A stretch of 64,000 nucleotides of DNA, taken from assembly GCA_963706445.1 (NCBI GenBank), contig OY970160.1, positions 288,001 to 352,000 of the forward strand, given 5' to 3'. This DNA is from an uncultured Nitrososphaerales archaeon. GTDB taxonomy: Archaea; Thermoproteota; Nitrososphaeria; Nitrososphaerales; Gagatemarchaeaceae. This document shows positions 37,883 through 47,588 of the stretch, one piece after another (position 1 is the first letter of the stretch; each line of letters begins with the position of its first letter). The notes below the pieces were generated by a model. It did not search any database, had not been told where the DNA came from, and worked only from the letters and a program-made list of their open reading frames with translations. The translations under genes were made by a program, and so were the position numbers.

Positions 37883-38525
37883 GACACCAGCAGGCCGCGT
37901 GCTCTACAGGGGAGCCGAGGCCGACGTGATCAGGGGGGATTGGCAGGGGATGGACGTGGTGTTCAAGGAGAGGAAGCCTTTGCGTTACAGGCTCGCGGTT
38001 CTTGACGAGGCAATCCGAAGGCAGCGGACCATCCGCGAGGCTGAAATGATCCACCATGCCAGGGACGCGGGGGTCGCCACCCCTTACCTCTTGGACGTCG
38101 ACGTCTCCGGTTCGACATTGGTGATGCAGTTTGTCGAAGGCGACCGCCTGAAGGACATAGTCGACGACCTGGACGAAAGAGAACTCAACGCCCTATTCTC
38201 TGATTTCGGACGGGACGTCGCGAAGCTCCACGGGGCAGGTATCATGCACGGGGACCTTACCACCGCCAACGTGGTCAGGAGTGGCCGGAAGCTAGTCTTC
38301 CTCGACTTCGGGCTGGCGTTCCGGACCCCACGGCTCGAGGATCACGCAGTCGACCTGAGGCTGATCAAGGAGACCCTTGTGGGAGCCCACCCTTCTGCAT
38401 CGACTCGGGCCCTCGGCGCCTTCAACCGCGGCTATGCCTCTATCGCAGGACCCTCAAGGGCGAAGGCGGTGCAGAAGCAGCTCCAGAGCATCGAGCGCCG
38501 GGGAAGATACGCCAGGGTCACATGA
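37875..38525 (+). CDS. bud32: KEOPS kinase/ATPase Bud32
   Basis: GAEA, HGDLTTAN, DFGL, AVDL, RRGRY. Confidence 0.95.
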   Translation: MSKTPAGRVLYRGAEADVIRGDWQGMDVVFKERKPLRYRLAVLDEAIRRQRTIREAEMIHHARDAGVATPYLLDVDVSGSTLVMQFVEGDRLKDIVDDLDERELNALFSDFGRDVAKLHGAGIMHGDLTTANVVRSGRKLVFLDFGLAFRTPRLEDHAVDLRLIKETLVGAHPSASTRALGAFNRGYASIAGPSRAKAVQKQLQSIERRGRYARVT

Positions 38526-38589
38526 AACGCGTTTTCACCGGGCAACATTTATCAGCCCAACCCCCAGGACTTCGCTGAAAGGTTTCAGC

Positions 38590-39039
38590 ATGGCCCGCAT
38601 TCACTCTCATAGGCACGGGAAGTCGCACCAGACGAGACCCCCGAGCAGGAGCACCCCTTCCTGGGTCACAACTACCCCCGATGAGGCGAAGACCATCGTC
38701 CTCAAGCTCGCCAAGGAAGGGGTCACCCCGAGCCGAATCGGCCAGACCCTGAGAGACGACTACGGCGTACCGCTTATCAAGCCCCTGCTGGGCAAGTCAC
38801 TGGGAAAGATCCTCACTGAAGGGAAGGCCGCACCAAAGCTCCCCCAGGACCTCCAGGACCTTATCGACCGGGCCCATAGGGTCCAGAAGCACCTGCAGGT
38901 CCACAAGAGCGACAGGAAGAACGTCCACTCCCTCGAGCTCGTCGAAGCCAAGATCTACCGCCTGTCGAAATTCTACAAAGAGAAAGGAACCCTCCCGGGC
39001 GACTTTAGGTACACGGCCGTCGTCGCCCAACTGGCCTAG
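38590..39039 (+). CDS. rps15: 30S ribosomal protein uS15 (S13e)
   Basis: MARIHSHRHGKSH, PSRIG..LRD.YG, EAKIYRL. Confidence 0.96.
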   Translation: MARIHSHRHGKSHQTRPPSRSTPSWVTTTPDEAKTIVLKLAKEGVTPSRIGQTLRDDYGVPLIKPLLGKSLGKILTEGKAAPKLPQDLQDLIDRAHRVQKHLQVHKSDRKNVHSLELVEAKIYRLSKFYKEKGTLPGDFRYTAVVAQLA

Positions 39040-39053
39040 CCGGGGGCGGGCCC

Positions 39054-40460
39054 ATGGCCGACTTCGAAGGCCTGCTCGCGAGGTACAGGTCGATAGCTAC
39101 TGAGATACTTTCGGTAGCACGCAGCGGTAAAAGAATACTGGTCGTGACACACATCGACGCTGACGGCCTCTGCAGCGGCTCAATCGCGTTCGAAGCCCTC
39201 TGCCGGAAAGGCGCGAACGTCACTGTCCGGACGGTCCCTGACATCGATACGAAGGTCATCTCAGAGCTCGAATCACAGAAGTTCGACTACTACGTGTTCA
39301 CCGACCTCGCCTCGACCCTGATAGCGGAGCTTGAAGCGGCGCTCAAGGGGAAGTTTCTCGTCCTCGACCACCACCAGATCCCCGACGAAGACACGTCCAA
39401 CCCTTCGGTGGTCAACGCCTGGAGGTATGGGTACGACGGAGGGACTGAAGCGTGCTCATCTGCCATGGCGTGCTTTTTCGCCTCCGCCATCGACCCAACC
39501 AACGACGACCTCTCTGCGCTAGCCGTGGTCGGGGCGCTTGCAGACAGGCAGGACTCCGGGCCCGGCAGGTCACTTACTGGGCTTAACCTCGCCGCCGTGG
39601 AAGCCGCCCAGGCCCGTGGCCTCCTCCTGGTCAGCAAGGACCTCATGTTCACCGGGCGCGAGACCCGGCCCATCCACGAGGCCGTCGCTCTGACTTCCAC
39701 TCCGTTCCTCAAGGGGCTGACCGGCAGCAAGGACGCCGTCCTGGCTTTGCTCCACCAGTCCGGACTGGCCCTTAAAGACGGAGGGACATGGAGGACGATA
39801 TCAGCGCTCACCCCCGACGAGAAGATGAAGCTGACCGAGGTCATCGCCAGCGCCCTTGGACCCGCCGAAGGCGCCACAGAGGCCCTGACCAGCCTTGTGG
39901 GGGAGGCATACACCTTCGAGTTCGAGGACTCCTTCACCCCGTTGAGGGACGCCAGGGAGTTCGGCACGCTCCTGAACGCCTGTGGAAGGATGGGGGCCGC
40001 GGGGACGGGCATCTCCATCTGTCTTGGAGACAGGTCGGATGGCCTCAGGGCCGCCATGAAGACGCTTGCAGAATACAGGTCAGGGATCAGCAAGGCGCTC
40101 GACGGAATCACGTCGGAGCCATCAAGGATCGAGCAGCGCGGTAGCATCATCCTCGTCAGGGGGGAGGGCATCGTCGACGAGAGGCTCCTCGGCCCGGTCA
40201 TCTCTATTCTTACGTCCTCCCCCGAGTTCAAGGACAAGGTGGTGGTAGGGAGCGCAGAAAGCAGGGGCTCGGATCTGAAGATATCTTCCAGGGTGGGGGA
40301 CGCCTTCGTCGGGGAGGTCAACCTGGGCCTGATAATGCGAGAGGCGGCGGAGGCCGTGGATGGGGTCGGTGGTGGGCACGCCATGGCGGCAGGAGCGAAG
40401 ATACCTTCTGCCAAGGCCGAGTCCTTCTCGAAGGCCGTGGTGGAAAGAGTCTCCGCTTGA
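39054..40460 (+). CDS. RecJ-like DHH exonuclease (GAN/Cdc45-related)
   Basis: HIDADG, TD, DHH, ADRQD, GGGHAMAAG. Confidence 0.92.
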   Translation: MADFEGLLARYRSIATEILSVARSGKRILVVTHIDADGLCSGSIAFEALCRKGANVTVRTVPDIDTKVISELESQKFDYYVFTDLASTLIAELEAALKGKFLVLDHHQIPDEDTSNPSVVNAWRYGYDGGTEACSSAMACFFASAIDPTNDDLSALAVVGALADRQDSGPGRSLTGLNLAAVEAAQARGLLLVSKDLMFTGRETRPIHEAVALTSTPFLKGLTGSKDAVLALLHQSGLALKDGGTWRTISALTPDEKMKLTEVIASALGPAEGATEALTSLVGEAYTFEFEDSFTPLRDAREFGTLLNACGRMGAAGTGISICLGDRSDGLRAAMKTLAEYRSGISKALDGITSEPSRIEQRGSIILVRGEGIVDERLLGPVISILTSSPEFKDKVVVGSAESRGSDLKISSRVGDAFVGEVNLGLIMREAAEAVDGVGGGHAMAAGAKIPSAKAESFSKAVVERVSA

Positions 40461-40735
40461 AGACAGGCGCCGTCCTCGAGCTAGATCTGAAAAGCGACAA
40501 GATCAGGGACAGCCTCGCATCGGTCCTCGCCCCCGACAATGAAGGCCTCCCAAAGGGTCTGAGACTTGCCATGGAAGGGGAAGGGTCCGCCATGACCTTC
40601 AGTGTGCAGGCCGAGTCAGCTTCCACAGCCCTGTCGACCGTCCTCGCCATCCTCCGTGACGTCTCACTGTTTCAGGAGGTATGGCTTTTATCGCATGAGA
40701 AAGACGCCCGGCCCACGAGGACGAAAGACCGATGA
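40457..40735 (+). CDS. pcc1: KEOPS subunit Pcc1
   Basis: SVLAPDN motif, size, and conserved position between recJ and serS. Confidence 0.75.
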   Translation: MKTGAVLELDLKSDKIRDSLASVLAPDNEGLPKGLRLAMEGEGSAMTFSVQAESASTALSTVLAILRDVSLFQEVWLLSHEKDARPTRTKDR

Positions 40736-42012
40736 TGGACATCAAGCTGGTCAGGGAGAACCCCGACTCCATAGTGGCGAGCCTCAAGAAGAGAGGCGCC
40801 GTAGACAAGGTCCCCCTCGTCGAGGCAGCGTCCAGGGCCGACACCGACTGGCGGAAGTACAAGACCGAGGTCGACAGGCTCCGCTACAGGCAGAACGAGC
40901 TGACAGCCGAAGTGGCTGCCTTGAAGAAGAAGGGCGAGTCCATCGACGACAAACTGAAGGAGGTCAAGGACATACCTCAGAAGATCAAAGAGCTGGACGC
41001 CAAGGCCGACGAGAGCAGCGCCCAGCTGAAGAAGGCCCTGATGAGCCTCCCCAACATCCTCCACGAGAGCGTCCCCACGGGGAAAGACGAGACAGAGAGC
41101 GTCACCGTCCGGGCCTGGGGGAACCGCCCCGACTTCGGGTTCGAGCCGAAGGACCACATCGACATCCTCTCCGCCCTCGACATGGTCGACGTGGAGAGGG
41201 GAGCCAAGGTCGCCGGGGCTCGTTTCTTCTTCCTGAAGGGGGACGCAGTCAAGCTAGAGCACGCCATAATGCAGTTCGCCCTCGACTCCCTTCGGGCGAA
41301 GGGGTTCACCCCTCTCGAGCCCCCGTTCATGCTCAACCGCTCCTCCTACGAAGGAGTCGTGAACCTCGAGGACTTCGGGCCGGTGATCTACAAGATCGAG
41401 GGGGAAGACCTCCACCTTATCGCGACCTCCGAGCACCCGCTCGTGTCGATGCACAAGGACGAGATCCTGGACGCTTCCAAGCTCCCAATCAAGTACTGCG
41501 GCTTCAGCCCATGCTTCAGGGTCGAGGCTGGCGCCCACGGCAAGGACACCAAGGGGATCTTCCGAGTCCACCAGTTCTACAAAGTGGAGCAGGTAGTCTT
41601 CAGCAAGCCGGAACAGAGCTGGAAGATCCACGAGGAGCTTATAGTGAATGCCGAAGAGGTATACCAGACCCTTGGAATCCCTTACCGGGTGGTGGCCCTC
41701 TGCAGCGGTGACACGGGTTTCATGTCAGCCAAGACATACGACATCGAGGCCTGGCTCCCCGGACAGGGGAAGTACAGGGAGATGGGATCGGCCAGCAACA
41801 TTACTGACTTCCAGGCCCGGCGCCTCCTGATCCGCTACCGCGAGAAGCAGAGCGACCCGACGGTACTGGTGCACACCCTGAACTCGACGGCCGTCGTCAC
41901 CCGGACCCTGGTGGCGATGGTGGAGAACTTCCAGCAGAAGGACGGTTCAGTGAAGATCCCGAAGGCTCTCGCCCCTTACATGGACGGGATAACGGCCCTC
42001 AAGAAGCACTGA
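40732..42012 (+). CDS. serS: Serine--tRNA ligase
   Basis: ATSE, CFRVEAG, GIFRVHQF, DFQARR, HTLN. Confidence 0.96.
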   Translation: MMDIKLVRENPDSIVASLKKRGAVDKVPLVEAASRADTDWRKYKTEVDRLRYRQNELTAEVAALKKKGESIDDKLKEVKDIPQKIKELDAKADESSAQLKKALMSLPNILHESVPTGKDETESVTVRAWGNRPDFGFEPKDHIDILSALDMVDVERGAKVAGARFFFLKGDAVKLEHAIMQFALDSLRAKGFTPLEPPFMLNRSSYEGVVNLEDFGPVIYKIEGEDLHLIATSEHPLVSMHKDEILDASKLPIKYCGFSPCFRVEAGAHGKDTKGIFRVHQFYKVEQVVFSKPEQSWKIHEELIVNAEEVYQTLGIPYRVVALCSGDTGFMSAKTYDIEAWLPGQGKYREMGSASNITDFQARRLLIRYREKQSDPTVLVHTLNSTAVVTRTLVAMVENFQQKDGSVKIPKALAPYMDGITALKKH

Positions 42013-42046
42013 GCTTATTAGCCCGACTCGAACGGGGCGTTTTCGA

Positions 42047-42670
42047 TTGCCAAAGAAGGTAGCGAAGGTAAGGGACAAGTGGAAGCTGAAGACCTGGGTC
42101 ACCGTGACGGCGTCTCCTTCCTTCGGTAACACCCCAATCGCAAGGATACCGCTCACAGACATTGAGAAGCCCGAAGGGAGGGTCATCGAGACCACCCTCT
42201 ACGATATCCTGAAGCAGGACCCCCAGCACTACGCCTTCAAGCTCTTCTTCCAGGTCGACAGGGTAGAGGGGGAGACTGCCTACACAGTCTTCAAGGGGCA
42301 CGAATACTCCCGCGAGTTCCTCAGGAGCCTGATCAGGAGAGGCTCGTCCATGTCAGACTTCATCCATGACTACACCACGAAGGACGGATACGTGGTCAGG
42401 GTCTACTGCACAGCACTCTCCCAGGGGAAGATGAATAGCTCCAAGAAGCACGACCTCAGACTCATCATGGACCAGGTCATCAAGGAGAAGGCCGCGGGCA
42501 TGAACTACGAAGGCTTCGCCCAGGAGCTTGTCCTTCAGAAGGTCGCTTCGGACGTCTACAACGAAGCGAAGAAGGTCACTCACCTAAGGCACGTCGGGGT
42601 AAGGAAGAGCAAGCTCATCTCCCGGCCCGAGCCCAAGAAGGCGGAGCCGCTAGCCCCGCTTGCCGCTTGA
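42047..42670 (+). CDS. rps3ae: 30S ribosomal protein eS1 (S3Ae)
   Basis: RDKWKLKTW, GRVIETTLYD, RSLIRRGSS, RKSK. Confidence 0.95.
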   Translation: MPKKVAKVRDKWKLKTWVTVTASPSFGNTPIARIPLTDIEKPEGRVIETTLYDILKQDPQHYAFKLFFQVDRVEGETAYTVFKGHEYSREFLRSLIRRGSSMSDFIHDYTTKDGYVVRVYCTALSQGKMNSSKKHDLRLIMDQVIKEKAAGMNYEGFAQELVLQKVASDVYNEAKKVTHLRHVGVRKSKLISRPEPKKAEPLAPLAA

Positions 42671-43855
42671 AACTATCTTCACAATATCCCTGTTGCTGAG
42701 CACGTGGTCCGCCGCCAGCCTCTTCCCAGTCCTCGCGTCCACCGCGTATAGGAACGTGTCCGCGAGCTCGCTGTGCACCGTCCTCGCAAGGTCGAGGGCC
42801 GTGGACCCTCCCTTCAGCACGAACGCGTCGGGGAGTACCCTGCCGTTCTTGTCGGAGAGTTTCGTCTCGTCTTCGACCGGGAAAACAACGATAGCCTTCA
42901 GCAGGCCGAAGAAGGCGCCGTTGACGGCTTCCTGGACCCCGGTGCCTCCGTAGACTTTCAACACCTTCTCCTCCACCATCTTCAGGGCGTTGACCTGCGC
43001 CGGGTTGAGCTTCTGGGGGTCCTTGACTACGAAGCGAGGGTCTCCGGGGGTGTACTCCACAAGCGCGTGCTCGACGGCCTTGCGGAGCAGCAGCTCGGCC
43101 TCCGACGCGCATGGGACAATTACCCGACCGGTCTTCCGGAGCGCCTCTATGTTCACTGGAGATGACGGCAGGTCCGCTTTGTTCGCGGCTACAAGCGAGG
43201 GCTTCGTGAGCTTCCGGGTCTCGACGACGAACTGCATTATCTGGTCGTCGGTCCAGGCGCTCGGCTTCTCCGTCCTCAGATGGAGGTGCAGGATGACCTG
43301 CTCGACGTCCCCAAAGGTAACGGACAGCCCCGAGAGCCTTTCGGCCAGGTGGTCGACTATCTTCCCACCGGTCTGCTCCAGCGACCTTGTCGCCTTCTCC
43401 CAGTCCTTCTTCAGGATCCCGAACATCCAGAGGTCGAACTCGTGCTCCACCATCGAGATGTCTCCCACCGGGTCGTGAGACCCCACCGGCACCTTCTTCC
43501 CTTCGAGGTCAGTCGAGCCCGACGCGTCCACGACCTGTATCAGGGCGTCAGCCTGTCTCAGGTCGTCGAGGAACTGGTTCCCCAGCCCCTTCCCCTTCGA
43601 GGCTCCTTCCACGAGCCCTGCCACATCAACTATCTTGACCGGGACCAGCCTGATGCCGTTGACGCAGGCCGAGTTCCGGGGGGAGTCCGTGACCCCCATC
43701 TCTTTGCATACGCACTGAGTCTTCAGGTGTGCGACCCCGACGTTGGGCTGAATCGTGGTGAAAGGGTAGTCCGCGATGGGGACGTCCTTCAGGGTGGCCG
43801 CAGCGAAGAAAGTCGACTTCCCAACATTAGGTTTGCCGACGACCCCCACAAGCAC
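42650..43855 (-). CDS. ychF: YchF/OLA1-like Obg-family NTPase with TGS domain
   Basis: GKPNVGKST, YPFTTI, DVAGLV, NKAD; start GTG 43855. Confidence 0.92.
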   Translation of the reverse strand: MLVGVVGKPNVGKSTFFAAATLKDVPIADYPFTTIQPNVGVAHLKTQCVCKEMGVTDSPRNSACVNGIRLVPVKIVDVAGLVEGASKGKGLGNQFLDDLRQADALIQVVDASGSTDLEGKKVPVGSHDPVGDISMVEHEFDLWMFGILKKDWEKATRSLEQTGGKIVDHLAERLSGLSVTFGDVEQVILHLHLRTEKPSAWTDDQIMQFVVETRKLTKPSLVAANKADLPSSPVNIEALRKTGRVIVPCASEAELLLRKAVEHALVEYTPGDPRFVVKDPQKLNPAQVNALKMVEEKVLKVYGGTGVQEAVNGAFFGLLKAIVVFPVEDETKLSDKNGRVLPDAFVLKGGSTALDLARTVHSELADTFLYAVDARTGKRLAADHVLSNRDIVKIVSSGKRG

Positions 43856-43877
43856 GAGCCGCCGGGAACTCAGGCCC

Positions 43878-43885
43878 GTTATAAC
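43878..43885. promoter_or_regulatory. Palindromic bidirectional TATA box
   Basis: GTTATAAC centred exactly between divergent starts at 43855 and 43908. Confidence 0.65.
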
Positions 43886-43907
43886 CATCGCAGTGGAAGA
43901 GCGTTCG

Positions 43908-45131
43908 ATGGTCAGGGTCTGCGTCGTAGGAGGCGGGACGGCTGGGAGCGAGGCAGCCAACGAAGCGGCCCAGGCCGGGGCCGAAGTCACCATCGTCGAG
44001 AGGCTCGACAAGATCCAGCAGGGGTGGAGGACCTGGGTAGACCTCATCAGGCCCCAGAAGCTCGACAGCCCGCGAGGGGAGCCTTCCCTCCCCGTCGGGT
44101 GCGAGTCCCTCGTCGACGAAGCGAGATCCTACGGCCAAGGCTGGTTGCGGACGTCCGCGGGCCATCAGCTGCGGTTCGATTCGATCGTTCTGGCCACCGG
44201 CTCATCCTTCAAGCCCGTAGGGGTGCCTGGCGCAAAAGTACCGGGGGTCCACGTGCTTGACAGCCCTGCTGAGTATGCGCGTCTAGGCGAAGGAAGTGCA
44301 TCAGCTGACAAGCCGCTCATCGCTGGGGAAGGATTTTGCGGGCTGAAGGTGGCTGACAGGCTCTGCGGTGAAGGGAGGCGGGTGAATCTTGCAATGTCTC
44401 ACTGGGACCACGGGGGGCCTTCTCCCCTGGTCTACGACGTGATGGCGAAGGCGGCCCTCTCGGAAGGGGTGAGGATCTCTATGGGCCAATTCACCAGAGC
44501 CGTGGGCCGAAGCCGCGTGGAGGCCGCCGTGGTCGACTCCGAGGCCATCGGCTGCGACCTGCTCGCGGTCGTCCCATCCAGGGTACCCAGGACAGTCCCC
44601 GGTCCGGCAAAAGTTGGTCGCCTCGGCGGGATCTTGGTCGACAGGTTCCTCGAGTCGGGGACTCCGGGGGTCTTCGCAGCGGGTGGGTGCGCCGAGGTCG
44701 AGTCTGGCGTCGGTCCTTCATTCACCCTGGAAGCAGAATCCGCCCCCTCAGGGAGGCTGGCCGGCTCCAACTGCATGGGAGGGGAGCATGCCATCGGGGC
44801 GTCGAGGTTCAACGAAATCTCCTGCTTCGGGTTGAGATGGACGAGGGTGGGCTTCAGCCCGGAGGCAGCAAGGTCCTCATCTCTCCCGACCCAATCCGTC
44901 AGCCACAGTTGGGGTCCATCGGAGGCGTGCGTGATCGTGTACGAGAAGCTCACAGGCCGCTCCATCGGGGTCGAGACAGTCGAGAGGATACTCTCGTCGA
45001 GGGGTGTGGCGCTGCCGTCGTCTCCGGGGGTCACCCTCCAATCGCTGGCCTACGGAGGACTCAGTTCAAGCGATATATCGCTCGTTTCGGAGACGGCTAG
45101 GCTGGGGCTGAAAGCTTGGCAAAAGTCCTGA
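43908..45131 (+). CDS. Divergent pyridine nucleotide-disulfide oxidoreductase family flavoprotein
   Basis: VVGGGTAG, LATGS, GEGFCG, FAAGGC; start ATG 43908. Confidence 0.75.
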   Translation: MVRVCVVGGGTAGSEAANEAAQAGAEVTIVERLDKIQQGWRTWVDLIRPQKLDSPRGEPSLPVGCESLVDEARSYGQGWLRTSAGHQLRFDSIVLATGSSFKPVGVPGAKVPGVHVLDSPAEYARLGEGSASADKPLIAGEGFCGLKVADRLCGEGRRVNLAMSHWDHGGPSPLVYDVMAKAALSEGVRISMGQFTRAVGRSRVEAAVVDSEAIGCDLLAVVPSRVPRTVPGPAKVGRLGGILVDRFLESGTPGVFAAGGCAEVESGVGPSFTLEAESAPSGRLAGSNCMGGEHAIGASRFNEISCFGLRWTRVGFSPEAARSSSLPTQSVSHSWGPSEACVIVYEKLTGRSIGVETVERILSSRGVALPSSPGVTLQSLAYGGLSSSDISLVSETARLGLKAWQKS

Positions 45132-46030
45132 TCTGCGACCACGTTGAAGTGGACAAACTGTCCCTGGGCCCTTCGATCGAGGTAGACTACAAACCTGACA
45201 TCACGAGGGAGGCACTCCTCGCCGCCGCCGGCGAATACGACGCCCTGATTATCCGCAGCAGGACCAAGGTAGACAGAGAGGTCCTCGACAGGGCCACCAA
45301 ACTCAGACTGGTGGCCCGACCCGGGACTGGGCTCGACAACGTCGACACGGAATACGCAAAGTCCAAGGGGGTCACAGTAATCAACAGCCCAGAATCCCTG
45401 GTCGAGGGTGTCGCCGAGCACGTAGTCCTCCTGATGCTGGCCCTGAGCAGGAGGCTGGTCACCGCAGACGTCGGTACGAAGGCGGGCAGATGGGAGAAGA
45501 ACGCCCTCGTCGGAAGAGAGCTGAAGGGGAAGGTCCTCGGCATCGTCGGGCTCGGAAGGATAGGCAAGCGCATAGCAGAGATTGGAAAGACCCTAGGGAT
45601 GTCCGTCTTGTTCTATGACGTGATCGCCATCCCGCCCGATGTGGTCTCAGGCCTGGGCGCCAAGGTGGTCGGCCTCGACGAGCTTTTCACATCTTCAGAC
45701 TACATCACTCTCCATGTCCCCATGACCCCTGACACGGCGCACATGGTGGGCGAGGCCAGGCTCGCTATGATGAAGAAGACAGCGTTTCTTGTGAACACCT
45801 CGCGTGGAGGAGTAATAGACGAGGGGGCCCTCGCGTCAGCTTTGAAGGAAGGTAAGATCGGCGGAGCTGCACTCGACGTGTTCGAGAAGGAACCCCCTTC
45901 GGGCCCGATCCTCATCGCCCCGAACACCATACTGACCCCGCACATAGGCGGTCAGACCGAGGAGGCGCAGACGAACGCGATCGTGGTCACAGGGGAGAAG
46001 GTGAGAGCCTTCTTCTCCACAAGCAGATAG
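45116..46030 (+). CDS. serA: D-3-phosphoglycerate / D-2-hydroxyacid dehydrogenase (no ACT domain)
   Basis: GLDNVD, GLGRIG, NTSRG, DVFEKEP, TPHIGG. Confidence 0.82.
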   Translation: MAKVLICDHVEVDKLSLGPSIEVDYKPDITREALLAAAGEYDALIIRSRTKVDREVLDRATKLRLVARPGTGLDNVDTEYAKSKGVTVINSPESLVEGVAEHVVLLMLALSRRLVTADVGTKAGRWEKNALVGRELKGKVLGIVGLGRIGKRIAEIGKTLGMSVLFYDVIAIPPDVVSGLGAKVVGLDELFTSSDYITLHVPMTPDTAHMVGEARLAMMKKTAFLVNTSRGGVIDEGALASALKEGKIGGAALDVFEKEPPSGPILIAPNTILTPHIGGQTEEAQTNAIVVTGEKVRAFFSTSR

Positions 46031-46079
46031 GACCCGTCTGGCCGAACGTTTATTTGCCGACCGAAAACGAGGCGATTCG

Positions 46080-46541
46080 ATGCCCATGTACAGGCAGATT
46101 TCGAAGACCTGGCAAGACATCTTCCATGAGAAGGGAGGGGACATTAGGACCAGAGCAATCCTGCTCAGGAAGGAGCCGGCCATGCTCAGGGTCGACCGCC
46201 CATGGAGGCTCGACAGAGCTAGGGGTCTAGGCTACAAGGCAAAGGAAGGGGTCGTTGTGATCAGGATGCGGGTCTCAAGAGGAGGGATGCGCCAGCAGCG
46301 TCCAACATCCGGTAGGAGGCCAAAGCACATGGGTGTTCTCAAGATAAAGTCCGCCGTCTCGTCTCAGGCTGTGGCCGAGAGGAGGGCCTCGGAGAGGCAT
46401 CCGAACATGAAGCTGCTTGGATCCTACCTTGTCTGGGAGGACGGGATACACGCCTGGTTCGAATGCATCCTCATCGACCCCATGCACCCGGCCATCAGGA
46501 AGGACTTCAACTACAGACGGGTCCTCGGAATCGTAGACTAG
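46080..46541 (+). CDS. rpl15e: 50S ribosomal protein eL15 (short form)
   Basis: RLDRARGLGYKAKEG, GRRPK, AERRA, ILIDP. Confidence 0.95.
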   Translation: MPMYRQISKTWQDIFHEKGGDIRTRAILLRKEPAMLRVDRPWRLDRARGLGYKAKEGVVVIRMRVSRGGMRQQRPTSGRRPKHMGVLKIKSAVSSQAVAERRASERHPNMKLLGSYLVWEDGIHAWFECILIDPMHPAIRKDFNYRRVLGIVD

Positions 46542-46542
46542 A

Positions 46543-47538
46543 CTATCTCTTCATCTCGCTGCTGTGGCCTGGGAATATCTTGGAGTTCGGGTCCACATAC
46601 GCCTTGGCAACGTTGACCGCAAGGGCCGCCTGAGCATAGCCGGTGGCGATCAAATTCAGCTTGACCCCGTCCAGGGGACCGGCGATGTCCCCCGCCACAT
46701 ACACGCCCTGGATGTTGGTCTCCATCTTCCCGTTCGCCCGGATCTCTCTCCCATCTATCTGCAGCCCCCAGTCCTTGATCGGGCCAAGGTCCGCCCTGAA
46801 ACCTATGTTAACCAGAATGGCGTCGACGTCAACTGTCATCTGTTCCTTTGACCTGTTGTCGAAGATCACTGCCTGGGTGATATTCGTCCTGTCCCCGATC
46901 ACCTCTGCCACTTCGTAGAACAGCTTCATCTGCACGTTCGACTTCATCAGTTCGGCTACGCTCCCCTCGTGGGCCCGGAAGACGTCTCTCCTATGGACGA
47001 GAGTGATCTTCTTGGCGATGTCCTTGATGTTGAGGGCCCAGTCCACGGCCGAGTCTCCGCCACCGACTATGAGCAGATTCTTCCCCTTGAACACGCTCTT
47101 GTCCTTCACGAAGTAGTAGACCCCCTTCCCTTCGTAGTCTGCGGCACCCTTCGCCTCCAGCCTGTTGGGGGAGAACGCACCCACCCCTGCGGCCACCAGG
47201 ACCGCCTTCGTCATGTGCTTGGTCCCCTTGTCGGTGCCAAGCTCGATTATGCCGTTCATCTTGCGCAGGGTGGTGACCCTCTCCCCGAGGACGATGGTCG
47301 GCTTGTACTGGAACGCCTGCTCTACCAGGCTCTTCACCAGGTCCTTGGCGAGTATCTTGGAGTACCCTGGGACGTCGAAGATGTACTTCTCTGGATAGAG
47401 TACCGCCACCTGTCCACCAGGCTCCTCGAGGGCGTCGATTATCTTGGTCTTCATCTGTCTCAGGCCCGCGTAGAATGTGGCGAATAGGCCACTGGGCCCG
47501 GCCCCGATTATGGTAAGGTCGTAGATTTCATCGGACAC
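46543..47538 (-). CDS. Ferredoxin--NADP+ reductase (TrxR-like, YumC type)
   Basis: GGQ..LYPEKYIFDVPG, GGGDSAVDW, HRR, C-terminal PGHSS; no CxxC. Confidence 0.9.
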   Translation of the reverse strand: MSDEIYDLTIIGAGPSGLFATFYAGLRQMKTKIIDALEEPGGQVAVLYPEKYIFDVPGYSKILAKDLVKSLVEQAFQYKPTIVLGERVTTLRKMNGIIELGTDKGTKHMTKAVLVAAGVGAFSPNRLEAKGAADYEGKGVYYFVKDKSVFKGKNLLIVGGGDSAVDWALNIKDIAKKITLVHRRDVFRAHEGSVAELMKSNVQMKLFYEVAEVIGDRTNITQAVIFDNRSKEQMTVDVDAILVNIGFRADLGPIKDWGLQIDGREIRANGKMETNIQGVYVAGDIAGPLDGVKLNLIATGYAQAALAVNVAKAYVDPNSKIFPGHSSEMKR

Positions 47539-47588
47539 GGCCGTTCTTGGTTTGCCGCCTGTGGTCGATGTATAAGCATTGTTCGTAA

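Noticed and set aside
39290-41711. Long alternative-frame ORFs (374 aa and 369 aa; also 19457-20452, 49394-50383, 51363-52400)
   Set aside because: Shadows of real high-GC3 genes with no recognisable motifs
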